Source: Zymomonas mobilis subsp. mobilis ATCC 10988 | GTDB lineage: Bacteria > Pseudomonadota > Alphaproteobacteria > Sphingomonadales > Sphingomonadaceae | DNA length: 32,000 nt | Direction: 5' to 3' | Assembly (NCBI RefSeq): GCF_000175255.2 | Contig: NC_017183.1 | Location: 1 to 32,000, forward strand | Part shown: piece after piece, positions 1 to 9,407 of the stretch | Layout: the number at the start of each line of letters is the position of its first letter | Numbering within the stretch: position 1 is the first letter of the stretch | Notes under the pieces: model-generated | Databases searched by the model: none | The model's input: only the letters and a program-made list of their open reading frames with translations | Told to the model about the DNA's origin: nothing | Program-made: the position numbers and the translations under genes

Positions 1-140
1 AGAGCCGCTGCTCTATGTCGATCCGGAAACTTGCTTTTGGTTTGCAGGGAGAGGGAGATTTCCGTTTTGCCAAGACAGGCTTGCAGGGCGACCGGGACGG
101 CACGGCGGAAATGGTAATGAGAGCCGATAAGATGCAGCAT
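1..140 (-). CDS. tyrosine integrase, N-terminal end only (gene runs off the left window edge)
   Basis: Minus-strand ATG at 140..138. The translation MLHLIGSHYHFRRAVPVALQACLGKTEISLSLQTKSK aligns by eye with the N-terminus of the decayed integrase starting at 4043 (MPRIRGTTYHFRRIVPPTLRAALSRREIWVSLKTGYHAK). It is absent from the ORF track because fewer than 60 codons lie inside the window. Confidence 0.55.
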   Translation of the reverse strand, partial: MLHLIGSHYHFRRAVPVALQACLGKTEISLSLQTKSKFPDRHRAAA

Positions 141-228
141 GTGAGTTCCCAGACTGGGAAGGCAACTGGGAAAGTCCCGTTCACCTATCACAATCCGGTT
201 TTGTGGCGTCTTTTCAAGGATATAGCGC

Positions 229-370
229 AAAAATCTGAGGGACTCGAACCCTCACTTCCCCGCAGGCTCAGTCGCACAACACCTTGAAAAGACAGCGGAT
301 AATGACACGCGGTCTTCTGGTTGAATTTTCTGCCTTCAATTCTGGTTAAACACTCTGGGTGCGTCAAGCC
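229..370 (-). other. integrase-upstream module A: T-arm-like hairpin plus T-run, preceded by about 110 nt homologous to 4161..4275
   Basis: The minus strand reads gtgagggttcgagtccctcagattttt. This is a 6-bp stem (236..241 / 249..254) around a TTCGAGT loop, followed by a T-run. The upstream part shares blocks with module B (gtcttctggtt, gaatttc, ggttaaaca-tctggg). I could not fold it into a complete tRNA because no 5' acceptor strand lies at tRNA distance. Confidence 0.4.
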
Positions 371-893
371 AAAAGAGAGAAGAGGCCATGTTGGGCGTGA
401 AGCTGGCTCGTTCAAAAAAAGAGGGCAGCCATGCGTCCAAACCAGCGGACATGTTGTGTCGCGGTGGTTTGCAAACCGGTCAGGGGTAGAGCAAAGCTCT
501 CCCCCGTGGACCCTCTCTTGATGTCAGAATGGGAGGGAAGAACGGAAGGTCGACTTTGTGTAGGGCGATCGATAAAATAGGACATTTACTCATAAAACAG
601 CCAAGCACCAGCCAATTGATTCAGTTTGAGTGTTCGAACCTACCTAGTCCGCCGATTGCTCTCCATAACCCGATATTGCCGCCGATCACCGCATATCTCG
701 TGCAGTATAGCAAGTTTCATGCTATTGCTTGATAACTGCTTACCCGAGCCGGCAGTACGGCAGCTTTCGACCACCTTTAAGACATTTAGATGTGTTGATG
801 TGAGCAACAGCTTATACTGGAGTATGTCACTCGGCTCGCACGAACCGACCGGGCGCAACGCAGAATCAATTTAGTCGAAGGGAAAAATGACAG

Positions 894-2396
894 GTGATCT
901 CGAACTCACGAAAGTCGATTGCTGCCCTTGCCGAAGATTTCATTGCGCTATCTAAGCAAGGCAACAACTGGTCGCATGGAGCCGACGGGATTCAGTTCAT
1001 GAGGGAGTTCGAACGGCACTCAGACAATCCCGAAGCGGGCGAAGAACTGGTGGCCGCTTTGGAAGAGCGCGGCGACTTGATACTTTCCCCGCTGGTGGAG
1101 TTGGCATTTACCCCGCTCGTCGTTATGCGCCAGCATAGCGTCGGGCACGGGGGATTCCACACCGGTGCGATGGGACGTGGCAGTGCGCGCCTCCGTTGGG
1201 TTTACGACTGTGGCGCTTCACGAACCGAGGGACAGCAGAGACTCTCAGAGGAGATCGGCATTTTGGCGGGCGAGCCAGGCGACGCGAAGCGGCGCATCGA
1301 CCTCTTGTTCATTTCGCACTTCGATCGAGATCATATCTCCGGGATCGTGCAGCTGATGTCTGCGCTGGAGGTCGACACGGTCGTGATCCCGTATCTTGAC
1401 GATCTCCAGCGTGCGATAATTCTCGCTGGCGAAATAGCGGACCGCGAGGAAGCGGGGGCTAGCGTGGCGCCGGGACTGACCCAGGCGCTGTTCGACCCGG
1501 TCGCTTGGCTGACTGAGTTTGGTGCGAAGTCGGTGATACAGGTTCGCCCGGGGGGACCGGGCTTTGATGGGGCCATGCTTCTGAGTTACGGCCCCGGCGA
1601 CGGGCCTGAGTTATCAGAGGACGTCGAAGGTGCGAAGCCTGTACTTGTTCGTCAGAGTGACGATGCGGTCAACGCCGCGGATGATCACAGTGTGGTCGAC
1701 TCTGGTTCGGGTTGGATGGTGACGCATTTCGGTCGCCGGTTCGGGGATTGGTGTTTCCTCCCGTATGTAACGTCGGCTAAGCAGAGTGCGCGTGACGCGT
1801 TCAGAGCGGCGTTTGACGGACTGATCGAGCGCCGAGAGGACGAAAGCATGATAGCTGCCTTCCATCGCAAGATGGAAGAGACAGACTTTCCGACCAAGGT
1901 TAAAGCTACCTACAAAGAGCACGAACTGGGCGACGCGAATGCAGTATCCATGTCGCTCTACGTCGGGCCGTTCCGGGATGAGGTCTATTTTAGCCGCAAG
2001 CCATTGCGGGCAGGCCAGAAAAGACACGAGGCTGGTCCCGGCTGGTTGCTAACGGGCGATGCGAAGCTTGCGCAGGTCGGCAGGCGCAACGACTGGTGCA
2101 CTTTTTACAAGCCGTTAAAGAGCCGCATCGGCGCACTGATGCTTCCGCATCACGGCTCTCATCTGAACTTCCACGAGGATATTCTCGACATCGTGGAAGA
2201 GGATTGTCTCCTCTTCGCGTGCAGACGCGCGAAGTTGGGGGACCCCCTGCACGAGAACGTCTGGACGGTCGTTGAGCGCCGACCGGTCGCCATCGTATCC
2301 GACGACCGCGAGACATCGCTCATGCAGGTTAGCGGAGCCACAGTTCTAAAATATGCTGAGCGAGAGCTCTCAGACTTGGCTAAGGAATGGTGCTGA
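894..2396 (+). CDS. stand-alone MBL-fold metallo-hydrolase (ComEC/Rec2-type beta-lactamase domain), 500 aa, GTG start
   Basis: Motif series typical of ComEC-type MBL domains: VGHGGFH, WVYDCG, DLLFISHFDRDHISG and, near the C-terminus, LPHHGSHLNF. No obvious transmembrane segments. The sequence is visibly GC-rich compared with the rest of the window. Confidence 0.7.
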   Translation: MISNSRKSIAALAEDFIALSKQGNNWSHGADGIQFMREFERHSDNPEAGEELVAALEERGDLILSPLVELAFTPLVVMRQHSVGHGGFHTGAMGRGSARLRWVYDCGASRTEGQQRLSEEIGILAGEPGDAKRRIDLLFISHFDRDHISGIVQLMSALEVDTVVIPYLDDLQRAIILAGEIADREEAGASVAPGLTQALFDPVAWLTEFGAKSVIQVRPGGPGFDGAMLLSYGPGDGPELSEDVEGAKPVLVRQSDDAVNAADDHSVVDSGSGWMVTHFGRRFGDWCFLPYVTSAKQSARDAFRAAFDGLIERREDESMIAAFHRKMEETDFPTKVKATYKEHELGDANAVSMSLYVGPFRDEVYFSRKPLRAGQKRHEAGPGWLLTGDAKLAQVGRRNDWCTFYKPLKSRIGALMLPHHGSHLNFHEDILDIVEEDCLLFACRRAKLGDPLHENVWTVVERRPVAIVSDDRETSLMQVSGATVLKYAERELSDLAKEWC

Positions 2397-2654
2397 CGCC
2401 TAGTTAGCCATATGTTTTCCCGAAACTCAGACTATCGCGACGGCAGCCAATTACCGAAGGCGGGCTGAAGAGGGCTATGGCGTAGACGTAGTTCTCATCC
2501 GATTCTGGCGCGCCTCGTCCGCTATCCGCCTTTTCCGGCAGAGCGTCGAATAATTCATGTCAGCTTTCGGGAAACTTTCCCAACCGCCTGGATGACCGAT
2601 ATGAGGCGGAAGCGGTCATTAAAGTCAGCTTTAATTCTTTGTTTGTGGGGCAAC

Positions 2655-2702
2655 GGGGGTGGAACTCCCCCTTGCCAGATGTTGAATGGGTAGCCATTCA
2701 AC
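2655..2702. terminator. two adjacent hairpins between convergent genes (possible bidirectional terminator)
   Basis: First hairpin: ggggg-tggaact-ccccc (2655..2671). Second hairpin: gttgaatgg-gtag-ccattcaac (2681..2702, 9-bp perfect arms). They lie between the 3' ends of the MBL gene and the integrase pseudogene. No clean T-run follows either one. Confidence 0.3.
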
Positions 2703-2717
2703 ACTGCTGGCTCCCTT

Positions 2718-4079
2718 TTAAATCGTCATGTTTGCAAAGGCTGTGTCTGGGTGGCTTATTGCTTCTATGGTTTGCAGCAAGTTGGCTGTTGATATGCTGG
2801 TCAAATAGGTTGTGGTACCCTGACTTTTGTGGGTAGCTTCATGACCCAGCAGGCGGTCTATCCATACTTCCCGGATGTTGGCATCTGCGTTTCTGAGTTG
2901 TGTGGAGACGGTGTGCCGGAGAATGAAACGTGATTTCTGCTGGCAGGCCGATATGGGTCTTGAACAATGAGAAAGCTCTGCCAAGGGCTGCTCCCCTGAT
3001 ACCTTGTTTCGAGGTCTCAATACCGGAAATGAGGTAAGGGACATTCGTGGTCTCTTTCAGTACCAGCACACCAGCTTCAATCAGTTTTGAATGGACTGGC
3101 ACAATGCGGGTGCCTGCGTCAGTCTTGGGTGCCCAGCCGGTTTCGGTATGGGGGCGGATAAGAAAGCAAGGGATACCGTCAACACTCTGAAGGTCTTCTT
3201 TGCGCAAGACGTAAATCTCGCCCAATCGCATTCCGCTATAAGCTGCAATCAGTGTGACCAGCCGGAAGGTCTGTTCTGGCACGGACGTGCTATGCCATGA
3301 GGCAGAGGCTAGCAAAGCCAGTTCTCTGGCAGTCCAGCTTCTGCGTATGGTCTTTTGCCCATTCTCAAAACTCCAGCCTGTCCACGGATTGCGTGTGACC
3401 AGTTCCCGCTGGTATAACTGATTCCACAGGGCAGAGAGGCGCATCATGTGGTTCTTGACGCTTTTCTCGCTCAGGGTGGGCAGACCTTCCTCTCTGGCTC
3501 TCTGAGCATCTTCCTCAAGTGTAAGGCTGCTCTTGCGCTTTCCCAGTGAGGCCGGAAGGGAAAACAGGAGGTCTCGAAACGCTCCGGCCTTCTCGCCACC
3601 AATAATAGATACAAGAGCGTCTCTGAAAGTTTGTAAAAACAACTCTCCCGCCCGTTGTATTGCTTTCTTGGTGTCGGCGCTGGCATAGGGATTATCCAGC
3701 ACGAAGCGTTTCAGCGCACCGGAGAGCATTAAAGGTTGGTTTGGCCGTTTTCTTCACTGTCCGGGGTTTGGGGATCGATGCTGCAACTGGCAAGGACCCC
3801 GTTTCCTGAGCAGATGAAGGCAGGTTCACGCTCTGCAAATCCCGCATCCTTCAAGCCTGCTTAAAGCATCCGGTTCAGAGAGGACAAGATAGGGCTGGGA
3901 GAATAATTCTGTAAGGAGTGATGCCTTTTTGCATGGTAGCCGGTTTTCAGGGAAACCCAGATTTCCCGTCGGCTTAAGGCGGCTCGCAGGGTAGGGGGAA
4001 CGATACGGCGAAAGTGGTAAGTGGTGCCTCGGATACGGGGCATAAAATCTTCCCTCAGTGGGGAATGACGATGGAGCAA
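2718..4079 (-). pseudogene. tyrosine recombinase/integrase, broken across three reading frames
   Basis: N-terminus MPRIRGTTYHFRR... is in ORF 3861..4079 (ATG about 4043). The core-binding and first catalytic part is in ORF 2839..3729. Box II (ILRHTVSTQLRNADANIREVWIDRLLGHE...TTY) is in a different frame, ORF 2718..3044. At least two frameshifts are therefore present. Confidence 0.8.
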
Positions 4080-4132
4080 AGACAGCCTTTGCCCCTCATT
4101 CAGCCGAAAAATCGTGCCATTTCAAGTGTCTG

Positions 4133-4160
4133 TGGTGCGAACTGCGGGACTCGAACCCGC
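4133..4160 (-). other. tRNA 3'-end-like segment (T-arm, acceptor strand, CCA); probable att core next to the integrase
   Basis: The minus strand reads gcggg-ttcgagt-cccgc-agttcgc-a-cca. No matching 5' acceptor strand (gcgaact) or D/anticodon arms lie upstream, so this is a fragment and not a gene. It sits 90 nt upstream of the integrase ATG, the same spacing as in module A. Confidence 0.45.
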
Positions 4161-4565
4161 ATCAACCCACAGTGACACTTTCCTAACCCTTTGAAACAGC
4201 AAAAAGAATGCGACGTGCTGTCTTCTGGTTACTGAATTTCCTATATCGTTGGTTAAACAATCTGGGAAGTATCATGCTGAAATTTGTTCAAAAATAAGCC
4301 TGCTTCGGCCTTCATCTCGGATATGCAATATTGCGATTTGATTTCTCGAAGTAAATATCTAAAAAATAATGGTTGATAGATGCGTCGAAAATTCTCATGT
4401 TGGGCTATCGTAATCCTAATTACCCTATTAAAGTTCCCATCAACTTTTAACGTCTGGATTATGGTTAATAAAACAGCGGATCAATTAAGCGCGGGCTTCA
4501 TGGAAGACGGTGATACCCATGGCCTTTGCTGCGCATAGCCACTTGTCTAATGGACTGGGGGAATA

Positions 4566-7500
4566 GTGGATACTTTGAATTTTGGGTTTTTAGGGCCGCA
4601 CAATAAGCAATTAGTAACCCTTGCAGCTCTTGCAGAGCACTATTTCCCTAGCGATCCCTCTACTGTGATCGTCAAGCTACGCCAGTTTGCTGAGTTGATG
4701 GCCAAGTTAGTCGCTGCTCATCACGCTGTTTATCGTGATGAGCGTGAAACATTTGAAGAAACTCTGCGTCGCTTATCATATGACCGCCTGATACCGAAGG
4801 AGGTCTCTGATATTTTTCATACTCTTCGGAAGGCCGGAAACAGCGCTATACATGAAGCAAAGGGCGATCATTCCACCGCTCTTGCCGCGCTAAAATTCGC
4901 TTGGTCTCTCAGTATCTGGTTTCATCGGACTTATGATCGAGCACCCAATTTTAAGTCCGGTGCTTTCGTGCCACCGCGAAAGCCCATCGATGCGATGGTT
5001 GCTCTGCGCGAAGAGATTGAAACACTTAGGCAGAAAGTAGCAGATACTGAAGGTGATGCTGCTCGCGCTCGTCTTGAAGCTGAAGAACAGGCTCAGGCGC
5101 GCGAAGCAGTAGAAGAAAGGCTACTGCGAGAGGCCGAGGAGCGTGCCGCCTGGGAGAAGATTGCTCAGGATATTGATGCCGAAAAGGCCGAGGTCACAAG
5201 CAAGCTCACTGCTCTCCAAGCCGAAGCGGAAACCAGTCCTCGTGCCGAGGCTGCTCAATTGGTGGAGCAGGGTAAAAAAGCTGCGGTAAAAATTGACCTC
5301 GACGAGGCAGAAACCCGCGCCCTCATAGATCAGCAACTGCGCGACTGCGGATGGGAAGTCGATACCCAAGATCTTCGATACAGCAAAGGTATTCGCCCAG
5401 CCAAAGGCCGTAATCTCGCTATCGCTGAATGGCCGACCGCAAAAGGGCCTGCTGATTACGCCTTGTTCGTTGGTTCTACGTTGGTCGGCGTTGTTGAGGC
5501 AAAGCGGAAACGGAAAAACGTGTCCGCAGCGATTGATCAGGCTGAGCGCTATTCAATCGCCATTAAGGACAATGCCGATTTTAGTTATGCAGGTGGTCCT
5601 TGGGGTGATTACAAAGTACCATTTGTGTTCAGCGCGAACGGCAGATCCTACCTCAAGCAGATTGAGACAGAGAGCGGGATCTGGTTCCGTGATACCCGCC
5701 GTGCCGCAAACCATCGCCGTGCATTGGTAGACTGGCCGACGCCAGAAGGCCTTACCGGTCAGCTTGAAGTCGATCAGGATGCGGCCAACGCTGCCCTGAA
5801 GGCGCAGCCATTCGAATTCGGTTTTCCGCTGCGGCATTATCAGGAAAGTGCGATTCGCTCAGTTGAATCCGCGCTATCTGCGGAACAACGCGCCGTCTTG
5901 ATCGCAATGGCAACCGGCACCGGAAAGACTAAACTCGCTATCGCCATGCTATACCGCTTGCTCTCGGCCAAGCGGTTCCGGCGCATCTGCTTTGTAGTAG
6001 ACCGCAGTGCTCTTGGCGATCAGACAGAGGGAGAGTTTTCGACGACCAAAGTCGTATCCGGAAAGACATTCGCGGAAATTTTTGGCCTTAAAGGGCTGGG
6101 AGATGTGACGCCAGATATAGAAACCAAAGTCCATATCTGCACGATTCAAGGCTTAGTGAAGCGTGTGCTGTTTGCTGCTGATGCTGCGTCTACACCGCCT
6201 GTCGACCAATATGACTTGATGGTCATCGATGAATGCCATCGTGGTTATCTGCTTGATCGTGAAATGTCTGATGCTGAGCTGAGCTTTCGGGGGCAAGATG
6301 ATTATATCTCCAAATATCGGCGTGTGCTGGACTATTTTGATGCGGTTAAGATTGGCCTGACTGCGACACCTGCGCTGCATACCACTGATATTTTTGGTGA
6401 TCCGGTCTTCACATATTCCTATCGCGAGGCAGTAGTTGATGGTTTCCTAGTCGATCACGAACCACCTATCCGTATCGAAACAGCTCTGGCGCGGGCAGGC
6501 ATTAAGTTCGAGAAGGATGAAGAGCTTGAGCAGCTCAATACCCAGACTGGCGAGGTCGATCTGGTCAACGCGCCCGACGAAATCAGTTTTGAAGTTGAGG
6601 CATTCAACAGGCAGGTTATTACTCCGGAGTTCAATCGCGCTGTTGCAGAGGAGTTGGCGCAGCATATTGATCCGGCACTTCAGGGTAAGACGCTTATTTT
6701 CGCGGCGACCGATGCCCATGCAGACATGGTGGTGAGCGCTATAAAGAAGGCTTTTGCAGAGCAATATGGTGAAATTGATGATGCTGCGGTGAAGAAAATT
6801 ACCGGCAGCGTGGACAAGGTAAAAAACTTGATCCGTTCGTTCCGTAACGATGCCACTCCGCAAATCGTTGTAACGGTCGATTTGCTTACCACAGGCATTG
6901 ATGTACCAAAAATCACCAACCTTGTGTTCCTGCGTCGCGTGAACAGTCGTATCCTATATGAACAGATGATCGGACGTGCGACGCGCCTGTGTCCGGAAAT
7001 AAATAAGGAGGTTTTCCGGATTTTTGATGCGGTTGATCTTTATCCTCATCTTCAGAACGTGACCGACATGAAGCCCGTCGTCGTTAATCCATCGATTAGT
7101 TTCACTCAGCTTGTTCAGGAAATGATGGCAGCGCAGAACGATGAGCAGCGTGAGGTTATTCGAGAACAAATTGCTGTCAAGCTACGTCGCCAGATCAAGA
7201 AGCTGACCGAGGAAGCAAAGCATCAGTTTGAGGCCATCGCGGGGGAAGCACCGGAGGCGACGTTGCAGAGGGTTATGGCCGGTGATGCACCGGGCCTTGC
7301 TGCATGGCTGAAGGATCGTGTCGCGATTGGCTCCATTCTCGACTGGAAGGATGGTGATGATAATCCCCACTATGTTCCGATTTCTCACCATGCGGACCAA
7401 GTCGTTGCTGTATCGCGTGGTTATGGCAGCGCCACCAAGCCTGAGGATTTTCTAGACAGCTTCACCGCTTTCGTGCGCGACAATATCAACACTATTGCTG

Positions 7501-7943
7501 CGCTGAAACTTGTCGTGCAGCGCCCCCGCGATCTGACCCGCGCCGATTTGAAGGAATTGCGCCTAGCTCTGGATTCCAAGGGATTTTCCGACGCCAACCT
7601 GCGTCGTGCTTGGGCGGATGCGCGTAATGAGGAAATAGCCGCGTCCGTCATTGGCTTTGTCCGTCAGGCCGCGCTGGGAGACGCTCTCGTTCCCTATGAA
7701 GATCGCGTGCGGGAAGCTATGTGTGCGATCATGGCGAGCCGCGCATGGACCGACCCGCAGAAGCGCTGGCTCAAGCGGATCGGCGAACAGATTGAAAAAG
7801 AAATTGTCGTAGACCGAGCGGCCATCGATAAAGAGCCATTTATCTCCGATGGCGGCTTCAATCGCCTGAATAAGGTATTCGGCGGGGAGCTGGAAAATAT
7901 CCTCGCCGGGATCAATGAAGAATTGTGGAAGAAGATCGCGTAA
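4566..7943 (+). CDS. hsdR: type I restriction enzyme R subunit with N-terminal DUF4145-like domain and coiled coil
   Basis: 1125 aa. N-terminal helical block ends in LRKAGNSAIHE. An Glu/Ala-rich coiled coil follows at about aa 150-240. A PD-(D/E)xK block reads ADYALF...VGVVEAKRK. Helicase motifs are MATGTGKT, VIDECHRG and QMIGRATR. GTG start. Confidence 0.9.
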   Translation: MDTLNFGFLGPHNKQLVTLAALAEHYFPSDPSTVIVKLRQFAELMAKLVAAHHAVYRDERETFEETLRRLSYDRLIPKEVSDIFHTLRKAGNSAIHEAKGDHSTALAALKFAWSLSIWFHRTYDRAPNFKSGAFVPPRKPIDAMVALREEIETLRQKVADTEGDAARARLEAEEQAQAREAVEERLLREAEERAAWEKIAQDIDAEKAEVTSKLTALQAEAETSPRAEAAQLVEQGKKAAVKIDLDEAETRALIDQQLRDCGWEVDTQDLRYSKGIRPAKGRNLAIAEWPTAKGPADYALFVGSTLVGVVEAKRKRKNVSAAIDQAERYSIAIKDNADFSYAGGPWGDYKVPFVFSANGRSYLKQIETESGIWFRDTRRAANHRRALVDWPTPEGLTGQLEVDQDAANAALKAQPFEFGFPLRHYQESAIRSVESALSAEQRAVLIAMATGTGKTKLAIAMLYRLLSAKRFRRICFVVDRSALGDQTEGEFSTTKVVSGKTFAEIFGLKGLGDVTPDIETKVHICTIQGLVKRVLFAADAASTPPVDQYDLMVIDECHRGYLLDREMSDAELSFRGQDDYISKYRRVLDYFDAVKIGLTATPALHTTDIFGDPVFTYSYREAVVDGFLVDHEPPIRIETALARAGIKFEKDEELEQLNTQTGEVDLVNAPDEISFEVEAFNRQVITPEFNRAVAEELAQHIDPALQGKTLIFAATDAHADMVVSAIKKAFAEQYGEIDDAAVKKITGSVDKVKNLIRSFRNDATPQIVVTVDLLTTGIDVPKITNLVFLRRVNSRILYEQMIGRATRLCPEINKEVFRIFDAVDLYPHLQNVTDMKPVVVNPSISFTQLVQEMMAAQNDEQREVIREQIAVKLRRQIKKLTEEAKHQFEAIAGEAPEATLQRVMAGDAPGLAAWLKDRVAIGSILDWKDGDDNPHYVPISHHADQVVAVSRGYGSATKPEDFLDSFTAFVRDNINTIAALKLVVQRPRDLTRADLKELRLALDSKGFSDANLRRAWADARNEEIAASVIGFVRQAALGDALVPYEDRVREAMCAIMASRAWTDPQKRWLKRIGEQIEKEIVVDRAAIDKEPFISDGGFNRLNKVFGGELENILAGINEELWKKIA

Positions 7944-9407
7944 ATGAGCACTACTACCGATATCGTCGCCAAGCTCTGGAGCCTCTGTAACGTCCTGCGT
8001 GATGATGGCGTCACTTACAATGAATATGTGACGGAGCTAACCTACCTGCTGTTCCTCAAGATGCTGGAGGAAACCGAGAAGGAGGCGCGCCTGCCGGAAG
8101 AGTGGCGCTGGAGCCTACTTGCCAAACGTGAAGGCCTGGATCAACTCGACTATTACAAGGCGATGTTGCTTGAACTTGGCAAAGCAAAGGACAAATTGGT
8201 CAGCGCCATTTTCATCGACGCCCAAACTCGGCTGCGCAAGCCGACTAACCTCAAGGCCCTGACTTCCAACATCGATCAGCTCGATTGGTTTTCTGCCCGT
8301 GAAGAAGGGTTAGGCAATCTTTATGAAGGCCTGTTGGAAAAGAACGCATCTGACAAGAAATCCGGTGCTGGACAATATTTCACACCCCGTCCTCTGATCG
8401 ACTGTATTGTGCGCCTGATGCGGCCTCAGGCGGGGGAAGTGATTCAAGACCCGGCAGCGGGCACAGCGGGTTTCCTCGTCGCAGCTGATCGTTACATCAA
8501 GGACCATACCGACGATCTTTACACATTGACTAAGGAACAGGCTTCCTTCCAACGGCATAACGCCTTCTGTGGTGCGGAATTGGTGCCAGACACCCACCGC
8601 CTGAGCATGATGAATCTGCTGCTGCACGGCATTGAAGGCGGCGTGGAGAATATCGACACGCTCTCACCTGATGGCGAGGCGCTTCCCAAGGCCAATCTGA
8701 TCCTGACCAATCCGCCCTTCGGCACGAAGAAAGGCGGGGGACGTCCAACCCGTTCCGATTTCTCGATCACAGCGGATACGTCGAATAAGCAACTCGCCTT
8801 CGTCGAGCATATCGTGCGCGCATTGAGCCCCGGCGGGCGTGCCGCTGTGGTCATTCCAGACAACGTGCTGTTTGAGGATAATACTGGCCGCCGCCTGCGT
8901 ACTTGGCTGATGGATCTGTGCGACATGCACACCATCCTGCGCCTGCCGACTGGCATTTTCTACGCACAAGGGGTCAAGACTAACGTGCTGTTCTTCCAGC
9001 GTGGCAAGAGCGACAAGGGTAACACCAAGGCGGTCTGGTTCTATGACATGCGGGCGAACATGCCCGCTTTTGGCAAGACCCGCCCGTTAACCGTTGCCGA
9101 CTTTGCGGATTTTGAGAAGGCATATGGTGCGGAAGCCAATGGCGGAGCCAAGCGGCGAGATGGCGGAGAGGACAGCCGTTGGCGCAAGTTCGACCGTGCA
9201 GCCATCGCCGAGCGCAACGATAATCTCGACATCAGTTGGCTGCGTGATACCGAGGTAGAAGCTGAAAAAACGCTGACTGAACCAGAAGACATCGCCGCTG
9301 CAATCATCGGCCATCTGAAAGCGGCGCTGGATGAGATCGAGACGCTGTCAGACGAATTGGAACCAGATAGCGTCGAAGAGGCTGCTTCTGTGGAGGAAGC
9401 AGAATGA
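7944..9407 (+). CDS. hsdM: type I R-M N6-adenine DNA methyltransferase subunit
   Basis: SAM-binding motif DPAAGTAGFL and catalytic motif NPPFG. The ATG directly abuts the hsdR stop codon. Confidence 0.95.
   Translation: MSTTTDIVAKLWSLCNVLRDDGVTYNEYVTELTYLLFLKMLEETEKEARLPEEWRWSLLAKREGLDQLDYYKAMLLELGKAKDKLVSAIFIDAQTRLRKPTNLKALTSNIDQLDWFSAREEGLGNLYEGLLEKNASDKKSGAGQYFTPRPLIDCIVRLMRPQAGEVIQDPAAGTAGFLVAADRYIKDHTDDLYTLTKEQASFQRHNAFCGAELVPDTHRLSMMNLLLHGIEGGVENIDTLSPDGEALPKANLILTNPPFGTKKGGGRPTRSDFSITADTSNKQLAFVEHIVRALSPGGRAAVVIPDNVLFEDNTGRRLRTWLMDLCDMHTILRLPTGIFYAQGVKTNVLFFQRGKSDKGNTKAVWFYDMRANMPAFGKTRPLTVADFADFEKAYGAEANGGAKRRDGGEDSRWRKFDRAAIAERNDNLDISWLRDTEVEAEKTLTEPEDIAAAIIGHLKAALDEIETLSDELEPDSVEEAASVEEAE

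Noticed and set aside
15-874. Seven overlapping short ORFs in the track (15..287, 188..415, 321..521, 529..732, 626..874, 640..858)
   Set aside because: They overlap one another on both strands, have no recognisable motifs, and cover the integrase N-terminus and att-like module. I treat them as non-coding apart from the integrase start at 140..1.
229-4275. Complete tRNA or two-piece alphaproteobacterial tmRNA genes at the T-arm-like hairpins
   Set aside because: No 5' acceptor strand complementary to agttcgc (module B) or agatttt (module A) lies at tRNA distance. The spacing from the candidate 5' end to the T-arm is about 69 nt, which is too long. No downstream coding piece begins with the complementary acceptor strand, because the integrase gene follows instead.
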